The notes below the pieces were generated by a model. That model made no database searches, was not told the origin of the DNA, and saw only the letters and a program-made list of their open reading frames with translations. The position numbers and the translations under genes were made by a program. This document shows, piece after piece, positions 28,969 through 39,635 of a stretch of 64,000 nucleotides of DNA (within the stretch, counting starts at the first letter, position 1; the number at the start of each line of letters is the position of its first letter). Origin of the DNA: Ostreococcus lucimarinus (lineage: Eukaryota); NCBI GenBank assembly GCA_000092065.1, contig CP000583.1; one strand, given 5' to 3'.

Positions 28969-29967
28969 ATGAAACCGTCCGACGGCGTCGACGTCGCGCG
29001 CCGCGCGTCGTCGACGTCGCCGCCGCGCACGCCCGAGCGCGACGCGACGATCGCGCGGCGACCGCGGCGCGACGATGCGACGGTGCCGACGACGACGACG
29101 ACGGACGCGACGGCGCGAGCGCGCGCGGACGCGAGCGAGTGGTTGGAATTCGACGGCGCGCGCGACGACGGGCCGCTGGAGGGGTTTCCGTACGAACTCG
29201 GGGCGCTGGACTCGGGGCGCGGACGAATCGCGTCACGCGCGTCGACGCGCGCGATGGCGCTCGAGGGCGCGTCGGGGACGAGCGACGGCGCGGTGAAGTC
29301 GAACGCCGGTGATTTCGCGACCGACGACGGCGCGACGGAATGGGACGCGATGTGGTCGCGCGGCATCGAGCGCGGGCAGGCGTTCGATTGCAGTCGAACC
29401 GAACCCGCGTTTGAGCGGTTTTTGAGCGCGCGCGCGGCGACGGGACGGGGCGCGAGCGCGCTCGTGCCGGGCTGCGGGCGCGGGTACGCGCTCGCGTCGC
29501 TCGCGCGCGCGGGATACGAGGTTTGCGTTGGTCTGGAGATCTCGAACACGGCGCGCGCGAGCGCGTTGGAACACCTGAAGACGGAGGACGTGCCGTCGAC
29601 GGCGGTGGTGGAGGTGATGGTGGAGGATTTCTTCGCGTTCGCGCCCGAGGAAAAATTTGATTTGTGCTACGACTGCACGTTTTTGTGCGCCATCGATCCG
29701 CGGCGACGCGAGGAATGGGCGCGCGTGTACGCCAATTGCGTGAAACCTGGCGGTATTTTGGTGTCCGTGGTGTTTCCGTGTGGGGATTTCGAGGGTGGTC
29801 CGCCGTACGCTTTGACGCCGGAAATCGTGCGCGACTTGCTCGCGCCCGTCGGTTTCGAAGAAGTGTCGCTGGAAGAAACGCCCGCGGAGCTCTACGCGCG
29901 AGGACGCTTGGAATATTTACACGTTTTTAAGCGAAGTGCGTTAAGCGAAGTGCGTAGCGTAGCGTAG
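28969..29967 (+). CDS. TPMT-family SAM-dependent methyltransferase (thiol/halide methyltransferase HOL-like)
   Basis: 'WDAMWSRG...FD', 'ALVPGCGRGYALASLARAGYEVCVGLEIS', 'FDLCYDCTFLCAIDPRRREEWARVYANCVKPGGILV' match the TPMT/HOL-like signature. Start chosen at M 'MKPSDG'. Confidence 0.6.
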   Translation: MKPSDGVDVARRASSTSPPRTPERDATIARRPRRDDATVPTTTTTDATARARADASEWLEFDGARDDGPLEGFPYELGALDSGRGRIASRASTRAMALEGASGTSDGAVKSNAGDFATDDGATEWDAMWSRGIERGQAFDCSRTEPAFERFLSARAATGRGASALVPGCGRGYALASLARAGYEVCVGLEISNTARASALEHLKTEDVPSTAVVEVMVEDFFAFAPEEKFDLCYDCTFLCAIDPRRREEWARVYANCVKPGGILVSVVFPCGDFEGGPPYALTPEIVRDLLAPVGFEEVSLEETPAELYARGRLEYLHVFKRSALSEVRSVA

Positions 29968-30080
29968 TCGCTGAACCTAGGCTCTGTAAAAGTAATTGAC
30001 CCTGAAGCCGATGCCGACGCGTCGCCGAGACGAGAACGAGACCACGAGAAAACCTCGTTACTTCACGACGCTTCTTCAGC

Positions 30081-31059
30081 ATGTTCTCATCGCGCGCTCT
30101 ACGCATCATCGGATTACTTCTTTTCGCCATCGCCGTCGCGCCCGTCGACGCCGTGGTTTACTACGGTGCGTTTCGTCTCGACCGTCGCGCCGCGCGAGAT
30201 ACTAACAGACAGTTTTCTTCGGGTGCCCACAGGTGGCTACACGTACGGCGAAGACGGCTTTCAAACGTACGGCGGGGCCGCCGTCGTGCGTCCCGGCATT
30301 CGTCCACGTCGTTACCGCTACGGACGCAAGCTTTTACAACAAGACAAGAAGTGCAAGACGATGCTCGACGTCGTCGAAAGCCTCCCGCAACTGAGCTCGC
30401 TCAAAGAAGCCATCAAAGATTTACCGAAAATCCGCGACGCCCTGAACAACTCGACTGCCCAGGACACGTTTTTCGCACCATCGAACGAGGCCATCGCATC
30501 GTTGACGCTATGGGGCGGGTTCGATGATTTCAAACGCGGGCTCGAGGGCATGTTTTCGTCCGACGAGATCAAAGCTCTGGTCGTCGCGTATCACGCGATT
30601 CCGGATCAAAAGTTGAATTGGGGTCAACTTCGCGCCAAGGCGGCAAAGGGTGAGTTCTTACCCACCGCTCTTTCGAAGATTTTCCCTGATTCCAGCGCCG
30701 CGCTGGAGGTGAGCTGGTGGAAAGGGGACATCTTTCTCAAGGGCGTCGGCTCCGAGGCTAAAATCTCCGCCGCCGACATCCCCGCGTGCGGATCCATCGT
30801 GCACGTGATCGACGGCGTCTTGCTCCCTCTCGATGGCGACGGTGAACTCTCTGACGAACAAAAAGCCCGCATCGAAGCCGCGCGAATAGCTTTGGGCGGC
30901 AAAGATGAAGAACCGGGCGACGCGCCCGCGCCCGCGCCCGACGCAGCGCCCGCGCCCGCGCCCGCGGAAGTCTTTCCAGACGACATCGAAGAGCTCGACG
31001 TGGACTACCCCATGGAAGACCAGTACGGTGAGGCACCCGCGCCCGCACCCGCGCCCTAG
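30081..31059 (+). CDS. Secreted fasciclin (FAS1) domain protein with Ala/Pro-rich tail, two exons (30081-30165, 30233-31059)
   Basis: Signal peptide 'MFSSRALRIIGLLLFAIAVAPVDA' in exon 1. Intron 30166-30232 (67 nt) has donor g|gtgcgt, branch 'gatactaacag' and acceptor cacag. FAS1 motifs 'TFFAPSNEAI', 'VVAYHAIP' and 'GSIVHVIDGVLLP'. Tail '(APAPAP)n'. Confidence 0.8.
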
Positions 31060-31064
31060 GGACC

Positions 31065-31099
31065 GACTCAAGACTCAAGACTCAAGACTCAAGACTCGA
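31065..31099. repeat. (gactcaa)x5 heptanucleotide repeat in the FAS1 3' UTR
   Basis: Direct reading. Confidence 0.85.
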
Positions 31100-31198
31100 G
31101 ACGATTTTACGACGACTTTTACCGCGAGCGCGCGACGACGCCGCTCTCTGAATGACACAAACTCTACCGTTTACCCAATCACAAACTAAAAGACTACG

Positions 31199-31314
31199 TC
31201 ACGGCGAACCCGGCGGCGGCGGCGGCACGTCCACGGCGCCCATCGGCGCGAATCCGATCCCCGACGGCGGCGGCGGCACGTCCACGGCGCCCATCGGCGC
31301 GAATCCGATCCCCG

Positions 31315-31348
<34 letters not shown>

Positions 31349-31966
31349 TCGCCCCGCGCCCCACTCCGTCGGCGGCTCCCCCGGCGGCGGCGGCGGCGGC
31401 GCTTCCTCCTCCTCCGTCTCCCCCCTCCCTCCCGGCGGTTTCGGCGGCACGTCTTCCACCGTCCACGGCTCCACCGCGAACTCGATCTCGTCCCCGCCCC
31501 TCGCGCCCTCCGGCGCCGTCACCGTCACCACCGGCCCGTTTGGAAAAATCTGCGCCCGCGTCTCCCCCCCCGCCCACGCCGTCGGCAGCCGCACCCGCGC
31601 GAACCGCCGTCCATCGTGTTTTTCAAGATCCAAATCGCACGGATCTCCCATCGGCGCCGCCGGGATCCCCGTGATCGTCGCCCGTCCCGCGCGCGCCGCG
31701 CGCGTCCCGCTCGCCGTCCCGCGCGCGCTCCCCCGCGCGCTCGTCAGCCGCAGCGCCGTCGCGCGCAGCGCCGGCGCGCCTCGCGCGCGTCCCGTCGTCG
31801 CCGTCGCCGTCGCCGTCGTCGTCTCGCGCGCGCGCGTCCCATCGCGCGCGTCCTCGTCGCGCGTCTTCGTCGTCGCGCGCGCCGTCTTCGTCGATCGCCG
31901 CGCTGACGCGTCGCGCGTCAGCGCGTCGAAGTACGCCTCGCGCTTCCGTCGCAGGTCGTCCGACAT
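31199..31966 (-). CDS. Hypothetical proline-rich protein
   Basis: Protein-like 'VTVTAPEGARGGDEIEFAVEPWTVEDVPP' plus poly-Pro tail with two 'PPPPSGIGFAPMGAVDV' repeats. Stop is followed by an AT-rich UTR. The overlapping plus-strand Gly-rich ORF is taken as antisense artefact. Confidence 0.35.
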
Positions 31967-32225
31967 CGCGCGCGCGCTCGGCGACGGCGCGCGCGTCGCG
32001 CGATGCGGCGCGTCACTTCGCGCCGCGACGCGATTCGAATCGATTCGATTCGCGTCGCGCGACGCGCGCGACGCGACGCGACGGAGCGGTCGACGCGCGC
32101 GACATAGAGACGCGATCGATCGACGGGACGACGCGCGACGCGAGGCGAGGCGTCGACGAATCCGCGAGACGATCGATCGATCGATCGATCGATCGATCGA
32201 TCATCTTGCGAACGGAATCTTCGGG

Positions 32226-33965
32226 ATGGGGACGCGGCGGCGCGCGCGATGGACGACGGCGACGGTGATGGCGTGCGCGATGATGGTGATGGCGACGGTG
32301 ACGGTCGGCGGCGCGCGGGCGCAGACGTGCGAGGCGGGGTGCGCGCCGGAGAGGGAGGCGCGGGACGCGGCGAGGCGAAGCGCGACGCTGGCGCGAGAGC
32401 GAGACGCGATTAAAAGCGATTACGATGGGTTGACGAAGGATTTGGAGCGAGCGAGGCGAGAGGCGAAGGAGGCGGTGCGAGCGGCGACGGCGCGGGCGAC
32501 GGCGGCGGAGAGTGAGAGGGATCGGGCGAAGGCGGACGGGGAGAGGCGAAGGAGCGACGCGGAGACGATGGAGAAGCGACTCGAGCAGACGATGAAGGAA
32601 TTGGACAAGGTGAGGAGCAGCGAATCGAGGCGAGTGACGATGTTGGAAGAACAGGTGCAACTCGCGGAAGAGGCGTGGGTGCCGATTTGGCTTCAACGTC
32701 GCGCGGAGCCGGTGACGAAGCGGGCCAAGGAAGCGGTCGAGATTGGGAAGAAGACCACGGCGCAAGCCGTCAAGTTGGGTCAAGAGAAGACGGCGCAAGC
32801 GGTGGAGTTCGGCAAGGAAAATATCCCCAAGGTTGTTCAAGCGGTTGAGAAGCAAACGAAGAAAGTGGTGGAGGTGAGTAAGGAACAGACGGCGAAAGTC
32901 GTCAACGCCGCCAACGAGCGCATCCCGCACGTGGTGAACGCCGGGAAAGAACAAACCGCCAAGCTCGTGAACGCGGGTAAAGGCGTCGTGGACGGCGTCT
33001 CTAAGACGGTCGGTCAGATTCCGAAAAAGGTCAAGGTTCTCAAAGAACTCAAGCAAGACTTCAAGGAGGCTAAAGCTATTCACGAAAAGAAGCTGAAGAC
33101 GGGCAAGCCGCAGAAGAAGTATCCGCAAAAGTTTTCGACACGACAAGCCGTTCGCGCGCTCGAGCTCACGACCGAAGCCAAGAGTCTCTGGCGTGTCGTT
33201 ACGGCGAAAATATCCGCGGCGGGGTTCCTCAGAGGAATTTTTACCTTGGTTAAGGACGAGTTCAATCGCATTTTCAACGCCGTGAAGAAGTCGTACCGCG
33301 AACGTTTCATCCCGTTCACGCAAACCGTACGAGCGTTCACGGCCAAGCACGTTGGGATCAAGCTCGCCACACTAATTCTTGGGCTTCCGACCGACGTTCT
33401 TCAGAAGATTCCTTTCAACTTGTCCTCGTACGGTGTCGAGAAGCTTTCGGTGAAGATTGCCGACGGAATTTGGACAGTCATCGTGAGCATTTTTGTCATT
33501 GCGATTCTGCGCGACATTTTCATCATCCCTGAAAACAGCTACGCCGCGACGTACTCTTTCATGAAAGTTCCCGAAGAGAACGGTGTTGACGTCCTCATTC
33601 GTTTGCCGCGCGTGGAGAGCATGGATGAGGTCGATTTCCAATTCGATCAAACGTTCAACCAAATCACCATCGACGCCGAGCAAGCGGGGCACAGCGAGCT
33701 TATCGTCGTGCCCAAGTGCAAGATTGGCGTCAAACGATGGGCCAAGCCTTCCCCAATTTTTTTGGAAGGTGAAGAGGTTGTGCTCGTCGAACTTCGTCCC
33801 GTCGGCTCTGGAAGAGATCGCTCCTCCATCGCAGACACTCAGCCACCGCGCGCGCCGTCAGCTCTGTTTCAGCCGTTTGCGCCGGTGACGAAGCGCGCCG
33901 CGCCCAAGAAAAAGGCATCAGCGGACAAAGTCACCACGGCTCGTACGTCGAGAAGCCGACGCTAA
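32226..33965 (+). CDS. Signal-peptide / coiled-coil / single-TM membrane protein (hypothetical)
   Basis: 'MGTRRRARWTTATVMACAMMVMATVTVGGARAQ' signal-like. ~250 aa K/E/A/Q coiled-coil. TM 'IWTVIVSIFVIAIL'. (gatc)x8 microsatellite at 32171-32202 just upstream. Confidence 0.55.
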   Translation: MGTRRRARWTTATVMACAMMVMATVTVGGARAQTCEAGCAPEREARDAARRSATLARERDAIKSDYDGLTKDLERARREAKEAVRAATARATAAESERDRAKADGERRRSDAETMEKRLEQTMKELDKVRSSESRRVTMLEEQVQLAEEAWVPIWLQRRAEPVTKRAKEAVEIGKKTTAQAVKLGQEKTAQAVEFGKENIPKVVQAVEKQTKKVVEVSKEQTAKVVNAANERIPHVVNAGKEQTAKLVNAGKGVVDGVSKTVGQIPKKVKVLKELKQDFKEAKAIHEKKLKTGKPQKKYPQKFSTRQAVRALELTTEAKSLWRVVTAKISAAGFLRGIFTLVKDEFNRIFNAVKKSYRERFIPFTQTVRAFTAKHVGIKLATLILGLPTDVLQKIPFNLSSYGVEKLSVKIADGIWTVIVSIFVIAILRDIFIIPENSYAATYSFMKVPEENGVDVLIRLPRVESMDEVDFQFDQTFNQITIDAEQAGHSELIVVPKCKIGVKRWAKPSPIFLEGEEVVLVELRPVGSGRDRSSIADTQPPRAPSALFQPFAPVTKRAAPKKKASADKVTTARTSRSRR

Positions 33966-34022
33966 ATAAAATTTTAATTAACATTCCATTTCTACAGCTG
34001 CTGTAAGCTCTACTGCTATTCG

Positions 34023-35207
34023 CTACGTTGTTGCCCGTCTCGCGTTTTCGTGCTTGAGCTGGCTCGCGACGAGCTTCCGAATGCTCGCGCTCTCTTTGAT
34101 CAGAAACGAGTCATCGCGGTCGTTTTGGTGTCGCGTCATCACTTTTTTGACGACTTTTTGCTCCACGATGCTCGCCAAAGCTGCCTCGCACGCGCCCGTG
34201 TCGACGAGAAGTTGCACGTAATCGCAACACAGCTTCCTCACCGCGACTTCTACTGCTGAGTGAGTTATCTTCTTACCGGCGACTTCGTTAATTGGCTCAT
34301 CGATACGCGTCGCGGCGTCGCACGCTTCGTCGAGCGCTTCGCTCTCTTCCGCGTCGACGTCCTCTTCTCCGCCAACCTCGACTTTGACTTCGTCCACGTT
34401 GGCAGCACGATGCGCCGAGCCGTCGCGATGCTTGCAAGCAGCGATGAAAAATTCGACCGCTTCATCTCCTCTCACGGTTGAACATCGCGTGAGATCGATA
34501 TCGTTCGCCGCCGAGCACTCGTAGTCTTGCTTCAGCGCTCCAGGCTCCGCTTTCGCCGATTCACCACCGCGCAACATCAGTTGCGCGCTCAAATTCCTAT
34601 ACGTCGCCTTGCTCGTCGCCTTTGCGTGCAATTTCATCTCTTCCTTCACCGCCTCCTCGACCGCCGATTTACGCTCATCTGGATGTGCAGATATCCACGC
34701 TTCGCTCACGCGCTCCCTGACTCCGACGTTCGCCCGACTGCGAAGCTTTCTCGCCGCGAGCGCGTTCAGAAATCGCTGTCGCACCGCTCGCGGCACCTTC
34801 GCCGGCGCTCGCATCGAAAACGCCTGCGTCACCATCGGCCGTTCGCTCTCCGGTAAATGCATCAATAATTTCGCATCCTCCTTCGCCCACGCCTCGGCGT
34901 CGACCGCGTTCGGCGTCGACGGCGCCGTCGACGGCGCCCGCGCCGGCGCCGCCGTCCCGCGCGCGCCGTCGTCCGCCGCCCGCGCCGCCGCCCGGCGATC
35001 TCCCGGCGGACGAAACGGCGCGTCTTTGCGCTCGCGCGTGAGTTCTTCGAGCGGGACGAACGTCCGTCGTCGACCGAGCGGTTGAACGCCGTCGACGTCG
35101 CGCGTCGACGCGTCGGCGTCGTCGGAGGAAGATTCTGCGAGCGCCGCGGCGCGCGCCAAGATGGCCTCGCGACGGCTCATCGTCCTCGACGCGACGAAAC
35201 GGTCCAA
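34023..35207 (-). CDS. Hypothetical acidic protein (394 aa)
   Basis: Protein-like composition, lower GC than surroundings, and clean stop at 34023 in an AT-rich context. No family recognised. Confidence 0.45.
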   Translation of the reverse strand: MDRFVASRTMSRREAILARAAALAESSSDDADASTRDVDGVQPLGRRRTFVPLEELTRERKDAPFRPPGDRRAAARAADDGARGTAAPARAPSTAPSTPNAVDAEAWAKEDAKLLMHLPESERPMVTQAFSMRAPAKVPRAVRQRFLNALAARKLRSRANVGVRERVSEAWISAHPDERKSAVEEAVKEEMKLHAKATSKATYRNLSAQLMLRGGESAKAEPGALKQDYECSAANDIDLTRCSTVRGDEAVEFFIAACKHRDGSAHRAANVDEVKVEVGGEEDVDAEESEALDEACDAATRIDEPINEVAGKKITHSAVEVAVRKLCCDYVQLLVDTGACEAALASIVEQKVVKKVMTRHQNDRDDSFLIKESASIRKLVASQLKHENARRATT

Positions 35208-35348
35208 GGTGCTCGCGCGCGGCGCATGTTCGCGCGCGCGTTCGCGCGCGACGCGCGACGCGGCGTTAAATGAAGGGTTGAATGATTTACTACAACTTTC
35301 CTACGCCGCGCCGCGAGACGCGGAGTGGCTCGCTAAAGAATTAAATCG

Positions 35349-37637
35349 CTATTTTGAAGGCTGGGGCCTCGTGAGCTCGTGCAAGAAGCGCCTCGCGAGC
35401 TCCTTCGCGTCCGATACCGCGGTGTGTCCTTCGGTGCGACGGTTGGCGCGCAAAACGTTGAGGCGTTGACAGGCGAAGCGCTTCGAGTCGCGAGCGACGC
35501 GAAGCGTCTCGACGTCGAGCGCGGCTCGACCGAGCACGGGGATCCAAAGGTCCGGGTTGTCACCTAACGCGATGATGGTCGATCGAATGGCGTCGATGGC
35601 GTTGTCGACGGTGAACGCATCGTCGGACGAACTTTCGCCATCGCGACGCGCGTCGCGAGCGAGGAGCGTTTCGAGCGCGGCGACGAAATCATCGATGAGT
35701 TTCTGACGAGTCGACTCGCCTCGTTCGCTCAACAAAAATTTGAGCGCGTCCTCCATCGCCACTTTCGTCGCTCGACGAGCCTCTTCTTCGCCATTTTCGG
35801 TCGCGCGCTCGCCCGACACGAGCTCGGTGATACCAACGACGGTTTTCTCGAGCGCTTGACGGAAATCAGATTTCGCCGTCGCGTCGGACGACGCCATCGG
35901 CGTCGTCTCGACACCGTACGCGCGAATGAGGCGTACTAAGCGCTTGTAACGAATGGATCCATCATCCGACAGCAATAATCTTCGCAGACTTTCTCGCATT
36001 TCGGGACTTCGATCGCTCAAAACTCGAGACAGTACGAAGGGATAACTCCTGTCCACGACGCGAAACGACGGGTCGATGGTCGTCGCCGTGCCTTCCAATG
36101 CCGCGAGCGCACGCAGAATGCGCGAAAAGTACGGCGGCAGTCTGAATCCATGTTTCATCAGTGCCGTGGATAACTGGGAGACGACGCCCATGAAATCGTT
36201 GCTGTTACGAACCTTGGTCGTGCTCTCGCCCGCGAAGACGGATCGCAGCGCCTCCTCCGCCGCCGCGCGGTCGACGTTTGGGGGGAGAAAATCCATGACT
36301 TTCAAGTCATCTACCAATCCCCGCGCGTCGCGATTGACGAACCCGATCAATCCGCGAACCATCGCTCGTCTGGTCTCGATCGGGACCTCCACCGTCATGC
36401 CGAAATCGAGATACGTCAAACCGCCGTTTTCGGCGACTAACAGGTTACCCGGATGCGGGTCGGTGTGCATGAATCCAGAACTCAGTAACTGATGGAGAGA
36501 CGCGCGCAAGCCTCGATCGAGGACTTCTTTCGGGGTGATCCCTCGCGATTGCATCAGCGACACGTCCGTCAAACGCAAGCCTTGCACCCACTCCATGGTC
36601 AGCACCGTGGGCGTGCTCAGAAAGTCGACGACGCGAGGCGCGTACACCAAACCCGCGAGTCCGACCCCGGCGTCGCCATTCGCGGCATACATCTCTCGAA
36701 ACCGCTCGCAACTCTCCGCCTCCTTGCTATAATCCATTTCCTCGAATATTCTCCCCACGAGCTCGTCCACGATGCCCACAACATCGCTCTTAAAGTTCCT
36801 CCACTTGCCGACGACGCCCACAAAGCGCCGCAAAATCACCGCGTCCAACGCCACGAGCTCGGCCAATCCCGGACGTTGAAGCTTAATCGCCACCTCGTGC
36901 CCCCCCGGAAGCGTCGCGCGGTACACTTGCGCGAGCGACGCCGCCGCCACGGGCGTTGGCTCAAACTTCTCGAAGAAATCAATCGAAATCCCGAGCTCGC
37001 GCTCGAGCGTCTCCAGACTCGTCGCCAAATCCGACGGCGGCAGCGCGTCCTGCAATTTCGCCAGCTCCTCCACGTACTCCACCGGAAACACGTCCGCGCG
37101 CGTCGACATCACCTGTCCCAATTTTATGTACGCCGGCCCGAGCCTCGTGAGCGTCTCCGTGAACGCTCGCGCGCGCCTTCTCCGCTCCCCCGCGCGCGCC
37201 GCGACGCCCAGCCCGATCGCCCCCAGCTCGTACCCCACCACCATCGCCCTCGCCAGCACCCGCAGCGGCCGTCTCGCGAACCACGCCTCGAACGCCTCGA
37301 CGTCGTACCGCAGCGCTCGTCGCCACGGCGCGCGCGCCTCCGTCGCCGTCGTCGTCCCCCGCGCGTCGTCGCCGCTCGTCGACGTCGTCCCGCCGTCCCG
37401 TCGCCGCGCCGCGCGCGCGTCGTCCACGAGCGCGCGCGCGCGCGCCAGCGCCGCCTCGCTCGCCCGCGCGCCGTCGTCGGCGCGCGCGCGCGCGCGTCTC
37501 GCGTCTCGCGCGCGCGCGCCGCCGTCGTCGTCGTCGTCGCGCGCCGTGCCACGCATCGCCGTCGTCATCGTTCGCGCGTCGCGCGCCGTCGCGCCGTTCC
37601 GCGCGAGCGCCGCGACGCGCCCGCGCGCGCGCATCAT
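35349..37637 (-). CDS. ABC1/ADCK (UbiB-family) atypical kinase, organelle-targeted
   Basis: 'LGPAYIKLGQVMSTRADVFP', 'AAASLAQVYRATLPGGHEVAIKLQRPG' and 'HTDPHPGNLLV...LTYLDFGM' are the ABC1 signature. R/A-rich N-terminal presequence. Confidence 0.85.
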   Translation of the reverse strand: MMRARGRVAALARNGATARDARTMTTAMRGTARDDDDDGGARARDARRARARADDGARASEAALARARALVDDARAARRRDGGTTSTSGDDARGTTTATEARAPWRRALRYDVEAFEAWFARRPLRVLARAMVVGYELGAIGLGVAARAGERRRRARAFTETLTRLGPAYIKLGQVMSTRADVFPVEYVEELAKLQDALPPSDLATSLETLERELGISIDFFEKFEPTPVAAASLAQVYRATLPGGHEVAIKLQRPGLAELVALDAVILRRFVGVVGKWRNFKSDVVGIVDELVGRIFEEMDYSKEAESCERFREMYAANGDAGVGLAGLVYAPRVVDFLSTPTVLTMEWVQGLRLTDVSLMQSRGITPKEVLDRGLRASLHQLLSSGFMHTDPHPGNLLVAENGGLTYLDFGMTVEVPIETRRAMVRGLIGFVNRDARGLVDDLKVMDFLPPNVDRAAAEEALRSVFAGESTTKVRNSNDFMGVVSQLSTALMKHGFRLPPYFSRILRALAALEGTATTIDPSFRVVDRSYPFVLSRVLSDRSPEMRESLRRLLLSDDGSIRYKRLVRLIRAYGVETTPMASSDATAKSDFRQALEKTVVGITELVSGERATENGEEEARRATKVAMEDALKFLLSERGESTRQKLIDDFVAALETLLARDARRDGESSSDDAFTVDNAIDAIRSTIIALGDNPDLWIPVLGRAALDVETLRVARDSKRFACQRLNVLRANRRTEGHTAVSDAKELARRFLHELTRPQPSK

Positions 37638-37701
37638 CGCGCGCGCCGTTTGTCACCCCTCGCGCGTCGCCGCGCCGGCCATCGTGAATGCGCGCGCGTC
37701 A

Positions 37702-38484
37702 ATGCGGGCCGTCCCGCGCGCCGTCCCGAACAATTCGCCGCACCGCGACGCCATGCGCGCGTCGCGCGCGCGTCGCGACGTCGCGATCGCGCCGTCGCGT
37801 CGCCGACGTCGCGCCGGCCATCGTCGCGCGACGGACGCCGACGGATTCTGGATCCCGGGGCCGTTCTTAAGACCCGAGGGATCGCCCGCGAGCGAGTCGT
37901 GCACCGGGCCGACGGTGTGGCGATTGATGCAGACGGAGCTCGCGGAGAGCGGACTCGAGCAGATCGCGCCGTCGCGCGCGCGCGCGATGGCGACGTCGAA
38001 CGGGTGGACGCTGCTCGACGTGCGACCGCGGAGCGATTATCGCGAGAGACACTGCTGGGGCGCGGCGAACGCGCAGTATTATCGAGCGATGGACGCGCGC
38101 GCGCCGGAAAATTGGGGAAAGGCGGCGCTGAGCGCGATGATGTTTCCGGAGCGCGTCGGGAAGGGGTATCTGAACGTGACGGAGAATGAGAATTTTATGG
38201 AGGAGGTGCTGGAGGCGGTGGAGTGGGGGTCGAAACTCATCGTGTACGACGACGCGGGGGGGGTGATCGGGGAGCCGGGAGTGAATTTCGAGAACGGCGT
38301 GCAGACGCCGAGCTTGATGGCGATCTACGAGCTCGCGGCGCGGGGGTGGGGGACGGAAAATTTATTGCACATGGCGGGGGGGCTCGTTTACTGGGACGAG
38401 GTCGACCGCTTCGACTGCGGGGAGATCGACGCGAGCGCGCTCGAAGAGGAGGCGCGAGCCGACGGCGCGAGCGAGGGCTGGTGA
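37702..38484 (+). CDS. Rhodanese-domain protein with transit-peptide-like N-terminus
   Basis: 'WTLLDVRPRSDYRERHCWGAANA' rhodanese fold. ATG at 37702 lies only 64 bp from the divergent ABC1K start. Confidence 0.65.
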   Translation: MRAVPRAVPNNSPHRDAMRASRARRDVAIAPSRRRRRAGHRRATDADGFWIPGPFLRPEGSPASESCTGPTVWRLMQTELAESGLEQIAPSRARAMATSNGWTLLDVRPRSDYRERHCWGAANAQYYRAMDARAPENWGKAALSAMMFPERVGKGYLNVTENENFMEEVLEAVEWGSKLIVYDDAGGVIGEPGVNFENGVQTPSLMAIYELAARGWGTENLLHMAGGLVYWDEVDRFDCGEIDASALEEEARADGASEGW

Positions 38485-38566
38485 TCGCTAGTGATTAATG
38501 ATATCTATTCAAGCGCTACGTGATCAATCTATTGGAAACTAAACGGCGAGCCGAGCCATCGCGCGC

Positions 38567-39439
38567 TCACCATCCCGACTGCTTGAGCGTCTCGTAAACG
38601 CCAAAGGAAATCGCGGAACCGGGCGCGACCGCGGCGACGCGCGCGCCCGCGCCCGCGAACAATCCACGCGCGCCTTCGCGCTTAAACACGTCTCGTAACA
38701 CCTCACGCAACGACGCCGACGTCGTCGTCTCGAACCGCATCGTCTGCAAGCGCGTCTTGGCCAAATCGAGCGGGTGCGTGAGCGTCGTCGCCGCCGTCGC
38801 CGCCGCCGTCGCGCTCACCGCGCTCACCATCGGCGACGCCTCACCACCGCTCGACTCCAACGCAACGCGCGATCGTTCGTATATCGCAAAGTACGCCGCC
38901 GACCACGGCCACCACACGAAATTCTGCGCCCAGTATCCCCGAAACAGTCCCCGCGCGCCCTCCTCTCGCGCGATGACGCGCGCCGCGTCCACCCAATGTC
39001 TATACCGTCCCATCCTCGCGCGTTCGCCCAGCACGTCTTGCGTCTGCAATCTTTCCTTTATCACGTCCATCGGCGTGTACACCACTCCCGCGAGCGCTTG
39101 CGCCCACATCCCCGTCGCCGCGCTCGCGCTCGCGCTCGTCCCGAACCATCGCGTCCCGCTCTCGTACCCGACGAAGTACGCCCCGCTCGCGAGCGGCGCG
39201 AGCGCCGCGACGGCGCCGAATCCTTTATATAATCCCACCGCGCGCGTTCGTCCGCCCTCGGCGCGCGCGACGGCGCCGCGCGCGCCTCGGACTTGCGCGC
39301 GCGCCTTGAGCGTGTCCATGGGGTGCGTCAAGAAACGCGCCGCGAGCCCGCTGACGGCGCCGCGCGCGCCGTCGGCGAGGACGCCGTCGAGCGCGGACGC
39401 CGCGGCGGGGTCCGCGCCGCGCGCGCGGGCGCTCGACAT
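38567..39439 (-). CDS. Mitochondrial carrier family (SLC25) transporter
   Basis: Three carrier repeats with 'PMDTLKARAQ', 'PMDVIKERLQT' and 'HPLDLAKTRLQT'. Confidence 0.8.
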   Translation of the reverse strand: MSSARARGADPAAASALDGVLADGARGAVSGLAARFLTHPMDTLKARAQVRGARGAVARAEGGRTRAVGLYKGFGAVAALAPLASGAYFVGYESGTRWFGTSASASAATGMWAQALAGVVYTPMDVIKERLQTQDVLGERARMGRYRHWVDAARVIAREEGARGLFRGYWAQNFVWWPWSAAYFAIYERSRVALESSGGEASPMVSAVSATAAATAATTLTHPLDLAKTRLQTMRFETTTSASLREVLRDVFKREGARGLFAGAGARVAAVAPGSAISFGVYETLKQSGW

Positions 39440-39635
39440 GCGGCGAGCGACGCGCGCCGCGTCCGCGTGTGACGCGTGTGTTGTGTGATAAATACACACA
39501 TCGGTGCTTTTTCGATTAAATACGTAAAGTAGGGTTTACGTGGTGCGTCGACGTCGATGCGTCGCGCGCTTATCCGGCGCGCGCCGCAGACGACGACGCG
39601 CGCGCGCCACGCGAGCGGCGCGCGACGCGGCGCAC

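Noticed and set aside
31152-32225. Gly/Pro-rich N-terminal 350 aa of plus ORF 31152-33965 ('GGGGTSTAPIGANPIPDGGGG' repeated)
   Set aside because: It is the antisense translation of the proline-rich minus-strand gene and GC-rich spacer. The real plus-strand gene most likely starts at the signal-peptide Met at 32226.
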